The notes under the pieces: generated by a model
Told to the model about the DNA's origin: nothing
What the model saw: the letters and a program-made list of their open reading frames with translations, nothing else
The model's database searches: none
Position numbers and translations under genes: made by a program
In this document: piece by piece, positions 1 to 10,757 of the stretch
Layout of the letters: every line of letters starts with the position of its first letter
How positions within the stretch are numbered: position 1 is the stretch's first letter
NCBI GenBank assembly: GCA_965238275.1
Contig: OZ250186.1
Coordinates: 96,001 to 160,000 of the forward strand
Length of the DNA: 64,000 nt
Direction of reading: 5' to 3'
Origin: Nitrosopumilus sp.
GTDB lineage: Archaea > Thermoproteota > Nitrososphaeria > Nitrososphaerales > Nitrosopumilaceae

Positions 1-606
1 TCACGCTGCTCAAGGAACGCCCCATGCCGTTTGGAAAGTGGGAGGAGGCGATGCACGATCCGGATCTGCCAGAATCAGACAGGTGCCACCCCTTCGTCGA
101 CCGCGGCTACCAGGGAATCGCAGACCACCTGCCCGGCACCACGCCGGAGATCCCGCACAAGAAGACCAGGGACACGCCGCTGACGCCGGAGCAAAAAAAG
201 CACAACCACAGGATCAACTCCACCCGGGTGTTGGTGGAGCACGCCATAGGCAGGCTCAAGCGCTACGCGCGTCTTGCCGACCCGTACGACGGCAACGCGG
301 CGCAGTTCAACCGGGAGTTCAACGTGATCACCGGGCTGGTAAACCTGAACCTTTTGTGGGACTGCATGGAAAAGGGCCCGCCACCACCGGGGCAGTGGAA
401 GACGTCAGTAGACTGGGACAGGGCCTGCTCCCAAGCTCCGGTCAAGTAGAATTCAGGGCACGATGAAGTGCTGCAAGGCTGCGCACGTCATTTTGGATTT
501 TGGGGTGAACGGACTTGCCACATACCAGACACGACTAGTTTTAGGCCGTATTTTTCCGGTTTTTTATGGCCGGGTTGGCAAAATGGGTGGATTACGCATA
601 TCTTCT
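1..606 (+). mobile_element. IS5-like (DDE_Tnp_4-type) element, right part; transposase C-terminus ends at 449
   Basis: Nearly identical to the 3' part of the complete copy at 50944-52540. Has FVDRGYQG and RVLVEHAIGRLK DDE motifs. Right TIR ...GGATTACGCATATCTTCT ends at 606, followed by AAT. Confidence 0.92.
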
Positions 607-608
607 AA

Positions 609-1028
609 TGGGAACAATCAAAAATTGAAGAATCCGAAAAAGAAAAATCAAAAGATCAAATAATAACAGAATTAGAAAATGCTTCATCAAAAGACCCGGA
701 ATTAACTAAAGTTAATGGAATAACCTACAAGCGATATAATAAAACTACGGTGCTACTAAAACTACTTCACAACTTTAAATGTCAAATTTGTGGAATTACG
801 ATTCAGAAGAAGAATGGTGGTTTTTACATAGAATCTGCACACATTAAGGAGAAAAGCAAGGCAGGGCCAGAGACTCCTGATAACATTTTGATCCTATGCC
901 CAAATCACCACAAAGAATTTGATTATGGTGATCGCAATATTGTGAAACATTCAGAAAAAGAGATAATTGTTAAGATGAATGGAGAACAGTATACAATTAA
1001 TCTTGAACCAAAAAACAGGCACCGTTAG
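609..1028 (+). pseudogene. HNH endonuclease (McrA-like), 5' part cut off by the IS
   Basis: CQICG...ESAHI...DNILILCPNHHKEFD HNH motif. The frame stays open upstream of the GTG at 750 back to the IS junction (WEQSKIEESEK...). Confidence 0.8.
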
Positions 1029-1399
1029 ATTAGACTTATAGTGATAATTACGTATAACTCGCTCGTTGAACAGTGGTGTACACGGTATCATTCCACACCA
1101 TCTTGTGGACGCACTTGATTGTATAGCTGTCTTCCGCGAGTCCAGCGTACCGCTCGACGAACCCGTCCATGCCACCCAAAAGCATCATGGCTAGTTTGAT
1201 GTCATCCGGGCCCCGTTGCTGGATGACGCCACCGTTTCCACCATTTCCCTGGCCAGCTTGTGCGGCGTGTGTCCGTCGTCGAAGGTCGCCATATCCAGGC
1301 ATTCTTGGAGGGTAGGACACTAGTCCATCATTTTTGCGGGGAAGAATTGGTATATAAGCGCCAAGAATCGGGAATGGTAAGGAAGGTTGCCATGATGGG

Positions 1400-1600
1400 T
1401 TCCCCCACACCAAATTGTTTCTCGCCTTATGACATCTTGGAAGATTTTATTATATACTACAACGAGAGGCAACTGCACTGGTTGCTTGACATGGATAATC
1501 GTCAGACTTCTCTCAAGGTGTTCCATGACAAGGCAGCAGACGAATCCATAAAAATTCCAATCCGAACTGGATGGGGGTAGATATCCATGGATAAGCAGCA
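1400..1600 (+). pseudogene. IS481 transposase 3' remnant (approximate limits)
   Basis: YYNERQLHWLLDMDNRQTSLKVF matches YYNERRLHFSLDMANRETPLRAF of the IS481 transposase at 33146-34114. Confidence 0.7.
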
Positions 1601-1634
1601 AACAAAAGGGGGTGGGCATGATTCTGTTATAATA

Positions 1635-2885
1635 TACCAAGAATTAAAAATTCATATCAAAATTGCCCATAAATGACTGATGCGACAACCGTCTCCCAAA
1701 ATTATGGCGTATGCCGAATACTCAAATTGCAGAAAATGGCATTCCAAACATCCGAGATCGTGGAGATTTGGAGTGCCGTGCATGGCACACGCTAGATGTG
1801 TATCCCATGACTTGATGTTGTCTCAGATGGCCCTGTACAGAAAGTTTTCAACGACGAGGTTTGGTTTTTTGTACCTCGTGTATCGGGTAATCGCCTCTCG
1901 AAGCTTGCTCAGGTTGGTATACGGCACGTCGAGGACGGTCCTCTTGAGATCCCTCCAGTACGTCTCTATGGCGCTCAGGTCCGGGGTCGCAGTCGGCAGG
2001 AAGACTATCTCCAGACCGTCGGTGTCCCCTACGAGTTTGCGTATGTTTTTTGCCCTGTGCTGGGAGGCCTTGTCCATGATGAGGCAGATCTTCTTGAACC
2101 TGTATGCTGCCTGTTTTAGAAAGTCTTCAAACGTGTCCTTGGTAAACGCGTCGTACTGCCGGAACATGCCCCTGCCGTCCGTGGTGATCAGTCCGTGGAT
2201 TATCGTCTTGGAGTGTGAGCCGGTGTACGTGAAAAACGCCCGTATTCCCTTCCTGGTGTAGCCACGCCTCCGCGGCCGCGCATCGGAGATTACTATGGAC
2301 TCGTCTTGTATGGCTACGACTGCTCCTTCGTCGTTCTTTTTTTTATGAGATCCTGTATTTCTTTCTGGAATTCCCTGATCTCCTCGTCGGATGCCCTGCG
2401 CGCGTGCCTTCCCACGGGAACCTTCTGGGAATAGCCCCAGCTCCGTAGCAGGTAGCGTACGTGCATGATGTTGTACTTTATTCCGGTCTTTTGTTGGATG
2501 TATTCTTGCATCTCCCTGCCGGTCCACACCGTCTTCCCGCGTGCATTCTTTCTGATCTTTTTCATGTCTGCCCTTTCTACCAATGGCGGCCGGCCAGAAC
2601 GAGGAAGGTCGCCCAATCGGTCAAAGCCGACCTGCCGATAGCGCTCAAACCACTTGTAGCCCCACCTGGCGCTCTTTCCAAGGGATTTGGCAGCATCGCC
2701 CATGGTCGCTCCTTCATGTACAACTTTTATGACCAGCATCATGCGATCCTTGGTCTTGCAGTCTGTCTCAGCAGCATATCTTTTCAACATCGTCTTGTGT
2801 TTCATTGACTATTCTATTTGAGGCAGGTATAACCTTGGATGCGTTAAAATTTTTTCATAATTGCATGAATTTTTCCTTCTTGGTA
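1635..2885 (-). mobile_element. IS630-family element, copy 1 (orfA 2805-2314, orfB ending 1823)
   Basis: Imperfect TIRs starting TACCA with flanking TA. HTH orfA (DLPRSGRPP) plus DDE orfB (IQDES, MDKASQH, PDLSAIE). A8G at the overlap. Confidence 0.9.
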
Positions 2886-2942
2886 TACATGTTGAAAGAC
2901 AGAGTTCAACACTTTTATCCAGCGACTTTCTAAAGCACTATT

Positions 2943-5804
2943 GTGTCTTTTGATGAACTCATAAAGATCACATATGATGATAGTGAGGTCAAAGTGTTTC
3001 ACAAGCACATAGAAGCATTGTTAATCGATTATTTACGGGAAAACACATTAGAGTCGCGCTATGAGGTGCTACACCACCCTAGTGACGTGGTGGGAACAAT
3101 TCCAGATTTTGTCATTGTAGACAAGCTCAGTAAAAAATGGGTGTATGTGATCGAGATCAAAAGAACACCTGGCAGCGTACGTTCGATTCGTTCATGGAAT
3201 CAAGCCAGAGATTATGTGCGTAACAACTATGATGTGCATTGGCTGTCCACATCAAAACCATATTTTTTATTGAGCAACATCGAAAAAAATCTTTTTTTCT
3301 GCAATCACCCTACTGAATCCACACAATTTTGTTTGTTACAGAATGGCGAAGAATCCTGTTCCAAATTTGGCGATGATGCGACAAAAACATTAACAGAATT
3401 TAAAACAAAAGTACTACCAAAAATATTTAAACAATTAGAAACGCAAGACGTAGCATATGCTAACAACTTATTGGTCATACTAAACTCATTAGTTGGTTTT
3501 CAATTCGAATTGACATCGCATATACTGAACAATATGCTAAGTCAAGTTGAACACAACCCACAGATCTTTGGATTTTCGGATGTGGAGGGGTACACTAATA
3601 GACGTAAGCAGTGGTTTATGCTAAACGAGCCTAGATCAAAAAATACCCCTATTGAGAAATTTGCAAGAGCCATAGCTAGAGATTGCCTTTTAAGAGTTTT
3701 TATATATGAATACAATCGGGAATTTTTTCAGATCATCGGCACTCACACGCTTCTTAGACCTATAAATTTCGCCCACAATAAACTAAAAAACAGTATGCAT
3801 TTGTCGCTGGAAGATTTGGAAAAAATTGATTTTATACAAATAATTCGAACTCGGTTAATTGATTTTGTTCCAGAAAATATGGATGAAAAAACACTGCTGA
3901 TTTTTTCAAGGTTCTTGCAAAAAGTTCAATCCAGAATTTCTGAAGCAATAAAAGAATCGGGTTCTGTGATCCAACTCATGAATTCAATCATGGAAAACGA
4001 AGATCTGTATCCACGAGATGAAATCCACACAAATGGCAAAATTATGACGGATCCGGAATTGGCAGACTTAGCCACATTCCTGTGTTTTAGCGTAGCAGGA
4101 GAACATCATCCACCTCAGTCCATATTTGATCCCTGCATGGGAACAGGCAATTTATTAAATAGCTGCTATGATAGGATTAAATCAAAGTTTCCCTACTCCC
4201 ACAACGAGATACTCTCTCATCTTCACGGTAGCGAATCTGATGAATTTCTTGGAAAATTGGGCATATTTGGACTCATAATGCGCTCCCCAAAAGAAATTAC
4301 CACCAAAACTAGCATTGACATACAACTGCACGATTTTTTCGAAATTGCTAGTAGGCATATCAAGAAACACGACATGGTGATCATGAATCCTCCGTTTCTG
4401 CGGAATGATAGTAAAGTGGCGCCGTTGGAGCGGCATATAATCGAAGAGAAAATAAAAAAATCTTTTGGGATGGAATCATTCATGAAAACCGTGAGTCAGC
4501 CCAATTTGTTTTTTTACTTTGTTGAGTCAGCTACGCAAACAATAAAAGAAAATGGAGTTTGCGGATATTTCGTCATGCAGTCTGTACTAAATACAGAAAA
4601 TGGTGCTTTCTTTAAAAAATTTCTTCTTGAAAATTTTGAGATAAAATATATTGTAATGTGTCCACAGATATTCTTTGAAGAGCATCAAGTTTCGCCCTGC
4701 ATCATTGTGGGAAAACGTACAAATCAACCTGACTTAAAAAATCAGATCAAGTTTGTACAAATTTCTTCGCAAAGTTTCTCTACTCTGGATTATGATATAC
4801 TTATAGAAGAACAAAATGTACAATATGGCGGCCTTACAATCAATTTGGTGCATCAGAAGCTTATGAAACCGAATGATGATTGGAAAGAAATTCTTCTAGA
4901 CAAGGCAGACCATTACTCCATATTTCAGACATCGGACAAATTTGCACCCATAGGCGATGTGTTCACGACAGGAAAAAGAGGGGAATTAGGAAACGAAGGT
5001 AATGGTAGTATATTCTTTTTTCCATGGTCCAAAAACTCTACCAACAGGACAATCAAAGTTGCCAGAGATAGTATTGAGCCACAATTCAAAAAAATGGGTT
5101 TGGAACATTCTGATGTACAAAATAATTACGTCCTTACTACGGAAGATCTTACGAAAGAACCCTGTTTGTCGATTCCCAAATCTACGAAAGTTAGCGATTA
5201 CAGCGGCTTAACTAATTTTATCAATGAATTCAACTTAATATACAAACGGCCTCGAAAATGGCATACTGATGGGATGATAAATAACGCGCAAATTATCATC
5301 CCCAGATCATCGAGAAAAGTGTATTCAATTTTATTAAATCCGTATTGGGATGAATTAGATGTATATTTTTCTACTAATTTTGTGTGTTTCAACGATTGCC
5401 AAATATCTATTGATGGTGTCACTCCTGATGAAATGATATATTTTATAGCCGGATACCTTAACTCCTCATTTGGTCAAATGTTCTTTGAAGTGAACGGTCA
5501 GAATCGAGAAGGAATGCGAAAAATAGAAACCAAGCAGATAAAGAAAATGGTTCGCGTTCCAATCACAGGTCTTGAAGTATGTGTTGAAGAACTTAAAGAT
5601 GTAATGGTCAAATTTTGCCGATTAGACTATGGTATAACTGGATTGATGAATAACGAATCGAGGCATAATCTTGATCTAGCTGTGGCCAAAATTCTTTGGA
5701 TCATAGAACCCCGTTTCCATACGGTTGCATCTTCTCCAGAAGATCTTGCCAATAAATCACGTTGTTTACTTCAGCGATTACTTCGAACCAGGTTTGATGA
5801 GTAG
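2943..5804 (+). CDS. Type IIG-like fused restriction endonuclease / N6-adenine methyltransferase
   Basis: N-terminal PD-(D/E)xK (IPDFVI...VIEIKR), SAM-binding FDPCMGTG, catalytic NPPF, and a TRD-like C-terminus (YLNSSFGQ). AT-rich. Confidence 0.85.
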   Translation: MSFDELIKITYDDSEVKVFHKHIEALLIDYLRENTLESRYEVLHHPSDVVGTIPDFVIVDKLSKKWVYVIEIKRTPGSVRSIRSWNQARDYVRNNYDVHWLSTSKPYFLLSNIEKNLFFCNHPTESTQFCLLQNGEESCSKFGDDATKTLTEFKTKVLPKIFKQLETQDVAYANNLLVILNSLVGFQFELTSHILNNMLSQVEHNPQIFGFSDVEGYTNRRKQWFMLNEPRSKNTPIEKFARAIARDCLLRVFIYEYNREFFQIIGTHTLLRPINFAHNKLKNSMHLSLEDLEKIDFIQIIRTRLIDFVPENMDEKTLLIFSRFLQKVQSRISEAIKESGSVIQLMNSIMENEDLYPRDEIHTNGKIMTDPELADLATFLCFSVAGEHHPPQSIFDPCMGTGNLLNSCYDRIKSKFPYSHNEILSHLHGSESDEFLGKLGIFGLIMRSPKEITTKTSIDIQLHDFFEIASRHIKKHDMVIMNPPFLRNDSKVAPLERHIIEEKIKKSFGMESFMKTVSQPNLFFYFVESATQTIKENGVCGYFVMQSVLNTENGAFFKKFLLENFEIKYIVMCPQIFFEEHQVSPCIIVGKRTNQPDLKNQIKFVQISSQSFSTLDYDILIEEQNVQYGGLTINLVHQKLMKPNDDWKEILLDKADHYSIFQTSDKFAPIGDVFTTGKRGELGNEGNGSIFFFPWSKNSTNRTIKVARDSIEPQFKKMGLEHSDVQNNYVLTTEDLTKEPCLSIPKSTKVSDYSGLTNFINEFNLIYKRPRKWHTDGMINNAQIIIPRSSRKVYSILLNPYWDELDVYFSTNFVCFNDCQISIDGVTPDEMIYFIAGYLNSSFGQMFFEVNGQNREGMRKIETKQIKKMVRVPITGLEVCVEELKDVMVKFCRLDYGITGLMNNESRHNLDLAVAKILWIIEPRFHTVASSPEDLANKSRCLLQRLLRTRFDE

Positions 5805-6076
5805 GAAACATTAGCCATCTTTCTAAATCCCAAACCATCTTCATTTTTAATCGTAGTATTCTATGCTGTCTATGGGCTGGCCATAACTGATCATATTCAT
5901 GCATAAGCATCGAGTTCTATAGACTATGGAGATAATTTTTTAGGATTAGTGTCGTATGCACTCAGATTCCTTATAAACACAGGTATAATTCATTGCAAAT
6001 TCATGCCTAGAATCGTATTGGCGAGTACATACTTTGTCGCGTATAATTTTAATATGGGTATTAATGTTAATCAATA

Positions 6077-6198
6077 CCCAAGCTAGCTCAGCCTGGTAGA
6101 GCTCCCGGCTGTAGATGTCGGCTTGAGGCTGACAATAACAGCATATCAGGCATACAGAAACCGGGTTGTCGAAGGTTCAATTCCTTCGCTTGGGACCA
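6077..6198 (+). tRNA. tRNA-Tyr(GTA) with a 45-nt intron (6115-6159) and encoded CCA
   Basis: Acceptor stem CCCAAGC/GCTTGGG-A-CCA; D arm GCTC..GAGC; anticodon stem CCCGG/CCGGG with CT-GTA-G. Intron at 37/38 with a CTGT/ACAG central helix. T arm GAAGG-TTCAATT-CCTTC. C1:G72 is archaeal Tyr identity. Confidence 0.95.
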
Positions 6199-6203
6199 TT
6201 CTT

Positions 6204-7361
6204 TTATCCATGAAATGGAAGTTTTGTTCTTGCTATTTTTCTACGATGGGGCCTGAGTTCTGGGATCTCTTTCCTAAGTGTTTCAGCCAACAAAAATCCA
6301 ATCAGTGGCGGAACAGCATTTCCCACTACATTATACTGTGCTGTCTTTGACAACCCGTCGGGTAGAACAAAATCATCCCTGAATGATTGAAGTCTCATTC
6401 CTTCACGTATCGTAATCAGTCGATCTTCGGAAAAGTGTATGTTGCATCCAACGTTTGGTCTGGAAAAATATGTGTTGATGGTATATGCGGGCATCTCCCT
6501 GTGAAGCCGCCCATATGTGGTCGTTCGCCCACCGGTTTTCTTATAATTACGTATTCTACGGGATGGTATGGATTCTGGAACGTCTCTGTAGTTTCCTCCT
6601 TCCGTGATGTACATAATTATCTGACGATCTAGTTCGCTCATGGTTGGTATTGCATGGTTATAAACGCCATCCGAACTCCCTCTTACCCATTGTGAATAGA
6701 TCGAAGTGTTGTTTTTTGTGTACGCTAGCATCCGATCGTCTTTTTGAGGATTTGGCAAATCTCCTATGGCATCATTTGATGATACCCATTGCAATAGATT
6801 ATCGCGCCTGATCTCATCCTTGTTTCCAGTGTGTGTTCTTGGTAAAGGTGTAATCATAGACTTATTGCGGGTTCCAAACAAAAACAGTCTTTTTCTTCTT
6901 TGCGGAACCCCATAGTCTGCCGCGTTCAGTAGTAGAGGTGTTACTGTATATCCTAGATCTTCAAACCTCTTTATGAGCAATTGCAGAACGTTTCTTCCAT
7001 TCATGTCCTTTGCCGATCGTAACCCCGGAACGTTTTCCATTACAAACGCGTGCGGAACTTTGGCTTTTATGGCTCGTAAAAATTCCCATATCATTACAAA
7101 ATTCTCATCTGTTGGATCACGCTTTCCTACAAGTGAGAATGCTTGGCATGGTGGCCCTCCTATCACTACATCACAATCCGGCACGCTGTCAAAGTTGATA
7201 GCACGAATGTCTTCACAGACAATTTCATTTCCCACGTTCTTCTTGTACGTACTATACGCCTCCTTGTATCGATCTACTGCCCATTTTATGTCAAATCCAG
7301 ACCACTTGAATCCAATATCCATTCCTCCACAACCTGAGAACAGACTAATCACGCTAGTCAT
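6204..7361 (-). CDS. dcm: DNA (cytosine-5)-methyltransferase
   Basis: Motifs FSGCGG, GGPPCQ, ENV, QRRKR and GNAVPP. Confidence 0.95.
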   Translation of the reverse strand: MTSVISLFSGCGGMDIGFKWSGFDIKWAVDRYKEAYSTYKKNVGNEIVCEDIRAINFDSVPDCDVVIGGPPCQAFSLVGKRDPTDENFVMIWEFLRAIKAKVPHAFVMENVPGLRSAKDMNGRNVLQLLIKRFEDLGYTVTPLLLNAADYGVPQRRKRLFLFGTRNKSMITPLPRTHTGNKDEIRRDNLLQWVSSNDAIGDLPNPQKDDRMLAYTKNNTSIYSQWVRGSSDGVYNHAIPTMSELDRQIIMYITEGGNYRDVPESIPSRRIRNYKKTGGRTTTYGRLHREMPAYTINTYFSRPNVGCNIHFSEDRLITIREGMRLQSFRDDFVLPDGLSKTAQYNVVGNAVPPLIGFLLAETLRKEIPELRPHRRKIARTKLPFHG

Positions 7362-9229
7362 TTCCCATCTCCTTGGAGGTCTTGTCGGGATCTTTGTAGT
7401 CTGTTCTCCGCTAGCATTTTTTCCATCAGCATCACGTCGCTACAATGTAGCCCAATATTTAAAAACTGATGAACACATTTATCTATTTCGGCAATGATTT
7501 CTTTGACAACGGAGTCATCAAATGAACAGTGTGAAAGCTTCTCCGCTGCATGTTTAATCTCGTCTCTGACAGCACAATCCATTAATTTGGGATCGGGTAT
7601 GCCCATGTTTTTTAGTTCATATGCCTGAATCTTAAGAACACCGTTGCCATACCTTCTTCCTGTTGTCTCCAAACTCAGTTTGGTTAGAGATGAATTTAGA
7701 ATTCCAAACAGTAGCATTTTATCAATTTCTGATTTTGGGGTGATAATATAAAAATTATCTCTCACGTTATATCTTTTTTCATTCAAAATAAAGTTTTTTG
7801 CTTTACGTATGACGTAATTGAAAATTATCGGACCAGATTTTTCCTTTATTGCCGTGTACCACAAATCGGGGTTTTCTTTTCTCAGTTTTTCTATTGCAAG
7901 CGGTAGTTTATGATTCTTAGAAACAAGATGGATGTGCCGCTTGACGCTTTCAACAGAATCTGTATCTTTTACGGCCTCATTGAGAAGTAACATGTGTGAA
8001 ATATTGGGTTCGATGGAGGTATTAAATCCCCTTAGATCTTTCGGCGAATTGATAATTGGAACATAAAATCTACTGTTTATACTCAGGCGACTTGAATTCA
8101 GATCTGATGTTACAAAGAACTTGTTCCAAAGAGTAGTGGTTCCCCGGACAACATCGGCGATTTGTGATAATGGAACCATCTTCTTACATGCCAGTGCAGA
8201 AATGATCTTGGGTGGAATATGTAAAAATTTACCCCATTTTGCATCACGCAGCAAGGTTGTACGATCGACAGGCACTATTTTGACCACGTCATCCTCAAAA
8301 CCATTTAGATTGTTAAGTTTTTTTACGATCGTTACAACATCCGTTTTTTTCTTTATGTGAGCAAATAGCGTGGTTAGTTTTTTTTTATTGGTATTATTTT
8401 TTTTGACGATTAGTATACAATCTTCAACCATTGCGGAAGAAAATGTATCATCACCAAAATCCAATATATATTGTATGTCGTAATTATCCAGTAGAAATTT
8501 TTGAAGAGAACACCCATATTCGGAATCTAGCCAAACTTTTGGTATTATTGCGGACATTATTCCCGAATGGTTCAGAAATTGGGTTAAATACACTATAAAG
8601 TATGAGTACAGATTAGATCTGGAAGAAACTGGAACCTTTCCTATCGATTCAGATATTTTTGATATGATTGTTTTTTTATCAATACCACTACCGAATAATT
8701 CTTCTTGTCTTATATATGGCGGATTCATTATGACAACGTCAAATTTTTTAGGTTTTAAATCAAAGATACTTCCGTTGTATAGATTGGTTTTTATAATATT
8801 CTTACTTGTTTTTATACAGTTTACTGCACCTCTTGCAAACAACACGGGATCAAGTTCTATGCCTGTTATTTTTGTATTTTTTTTTGAATTCGCTGTCTTG
8901 ATTTTTTTATGAACTGAGGTCAAAAAAGCCCCATCACCGAAGCATGGATCAAGGATGGACCTGCCTGGAACAATATTTGACATCTCTGTCATAAGATCTG
9001 CCGTCCATTCTGGGGTTGTTATCTGTCCCAATTTTTTCTTTATTGATGTGTCATCCATTGTAAATAGTTCCAAGTTGGTCTCGCCCACCTGGTAATCATA
9101 GCCAAGAAAAATTTTCAGTTCAGATTGTATGCTCTTGATCATCCCAGCACTTCTCGGCATTCTGGCAAGATCTTCGATCCTATTTCCAAGACATGCTTTC
9201 TCTAAATCTGCATCTGTTTTTACGAGCAT
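7358..9229 (-). CDS. N6-adenine DNA methyltransferase (Eco57I/TaqI-like, with TRD)
   Basis: GQITTP, LDPCFGDG, ELD, NPPY, ILNSSL. Stop overlaps the dcm start (ATGA). Confidence 0.9.
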   Translation of the reverse strand: MLVKTDADLEKACLGNRIEDLARMPRSAGMIKSIQSELKIFLGYDYQVGETNLELFTMDDTSIKKKLGQITTPEWTADLMTEMSNIVPGRSILDPCFGDGAFLTSVHKKIKTANSKKNTKITGIELDPVLFARGAVNCIKTSKNIIKTNLYNGSIFDLKPKKFDVVIMNPPYIRQEELFGSGIDKKTIISKISESIGKVPVSSRSNLYSYFIVYLTQFLNHSGIMSAIIPKVWLDSEYGCSLQKFLLDNYDIQYILDFGDDTFSSAMVEDCILIVKKNNTNKKKLTTLFAHIKKKTDVVTIVKKLNNLNGFEDDVVKIVPVDRTTLLRDAKWGKFLHIPPKIISALACKKMVPLSQIADVVRGTTTLWNKFFVTSDLNSSRLSINSRFYVPIINSPKDLRGFNTSIEPNISHMLLLNEAVKDTDSVESVKRHIHLVSKNHKLPLAIEKLRKENPDLWYTAIKEKSGPIIFNYVIRKAKNFILNEKRYNVRDNFYIITPKSEIDKMLLFGILNSSLTKLSLETTGRRYGNGVLKIQAYELKNMGIPDPKLMDCAVRDEIKHAAEKLSHCSFDDSVVKEIIAEIDKCVHQFLNIGLHCSDVMLMEKMLAENRLQRSRQDLQGDGK

Positions 9230-9889
9230 CTAGCTAGACAACCCCTCTAACGTTAATATTCTGTTCGCACATTACTCTAACCCTCCACTGATTTAGTTTT
9301 TTGTGAACATTAGTGTTGTACATCTCCACTAAAAGGGCATGCTTTTGAGAAGACACTATGTGTTGCCGTTATAGCGACTACTGCGGTATTCCCTATGTTG
9401 GATCCGAGAGTTGAGAGAGCACTGCCAAGGACGCTGGCCGAAAACGCCGACATCCACTCTGAAATGCGCGTCGAAGAGATGTACGTAGCGATGGCGGTGG
9501 ACTCGCCCTTGCTGCCCGATCCTCGGAAGGATGTACGCCTTCCACCAGATGCTCACAAACCCGGATGAGGACGAACAGCTGCTGGACGATCCAAAATTTT
9601 TGCGGTACGTCTGGGAGCAGGAACGCGCGCGCCTCAAGCCGGTCTTTGACAACATGCGCAAGACCGACACATGATTCGTTGCACGCTCGGCCATCGGACC
9701 ATGCCTTCGGCCCCGCATGTGTCATTTTCAGGACATGTGATACAACAGAATGTCGTCTCTTGTGTGATTGGAGACCTCCCCATGCACCCTGCACCATCTC
9801 CGAGTTCTGACGCCTGCGTGCACGCCTCGTTCCGGCCACGTAACCACGCAGACGCACTCCTAAATACCCAGCATGCAAAAGGCCATTGC

Positions 9890-10648
9890 ATGAAATCGTA
9901 CGGAAAAGTGGACGCATCTTGGGATGACGCAAGGTTCCAAACCTTGATAGAAGACGCGTTCCAGATGGCCAAGAAGCACGAAAAGACGTTTGTAGTAGTC
10001 CAAGACGTGGACGGCAATGCCCTAGTGGGTGAATACGAACATGAACATCCCTACGTGTGCGCATGCTGGGCAAGTGCGCACAAGGACAAGGAGTCTTCGG
10101 AATGCGAGATAGAATTGGTGGACAACGTAGAATGGCACCGGTATACAGTGGATAAGATGGTTCCGAGGGTGCGTGGTGTTCTGACGAAAGGAATCGTAGA
10201 GTACGGTGACTTGGGGTTCCTGTCAGAAGGGCGATTGCAGCTAAGCGTGGCCATCAGATGCGCGCAGAGATTGAGCAACATTCATCACAAACCGTTCATC
10301 GTGGGTATGGCCGAGCGCGAGATAACGGTGGCGCCGGTGTCCGCAAGGCAATCTCCAGCAGTCGGTGACGCCACGCTTGTTAATCCAAGTGAGATAACGG
10401 TGGCGCCGGTGTCCGCAAGGGAATGCTTTGTAGAACAGGCAGCATGTGTGGTGACCAGACACGAATGCTGGAGCCTGCCGGACAATCTTCCGGACACAAA
10501 GATATACCGCTATTGGGGGCTAGACGTGCCGGCCAACCTGAAAGACACGATCGTGTCAGACCTGCGCTCAATAAGACTGTCAGATCCGGTAGGACTCATT
10601 TACGAATCCATATTGGAGCACTGGAAGCAGAAGCGCCAGAATGCATGA
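9890..10648 (+). CDS. hypothetical protein, paralog of 19658-20383
   Basis: Aligns end to end with the 19658 ORF (MKSYGK.DASW.D..F...IEDA, MVPRVR..LT.GI, IVSD.RSIRL). Start taken at the shared Met. Confidence 0.8.
   Translation: MKSYGKVDASWDDARFQTLIEDAFQMAKKHEKTFVVVQDVDGNALVGEYEHEHPYVCACWASAHKDKESSECEIELVDNVEWHRYTVDKMVPRVRGVLTKGIVEYGDLGFLSEGRLQLSVAIRCAQRLSNIHHKPFIVGMAEREITVAPVSARQSPAVGDATLVNPSEITVAPVSARECFVEQAACVVTRHECWSLPDNLPDTKIYRYWGLDVPANLKDTIVSDLRSIRLSDPVGLIYESILEHWKQKRQNA
10319..10420 (+). repeat. 30-bp perfect direct repeat (10319-10348, 10391-10420) inside a CDS
   Basis: GAGATAACGGTGGCGCCGGTGTCCGCAAGG twice, 42 bp apart, in frame (EITVAPVSAR x2). Confidence 0.9.
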
Positions 10649-10757
10649 GCGCCGATTTGTATACGTCAGTTTAACAACAGTATCTCAAACACGATGCACA
10701 CCATCTGGATTCATAGCCTGTTTTGAGGCGTGCCGCGCGCAACACCTCATACAGATT

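Noticed and set aside
10319-10420. 30-bp repeat / 42-bp spacer / repeat as a mini CRISPR
   Set aside because: Only two repeats, in frame within a CDS and matching the paralog's VAPVS motif. No cas genes or leader.
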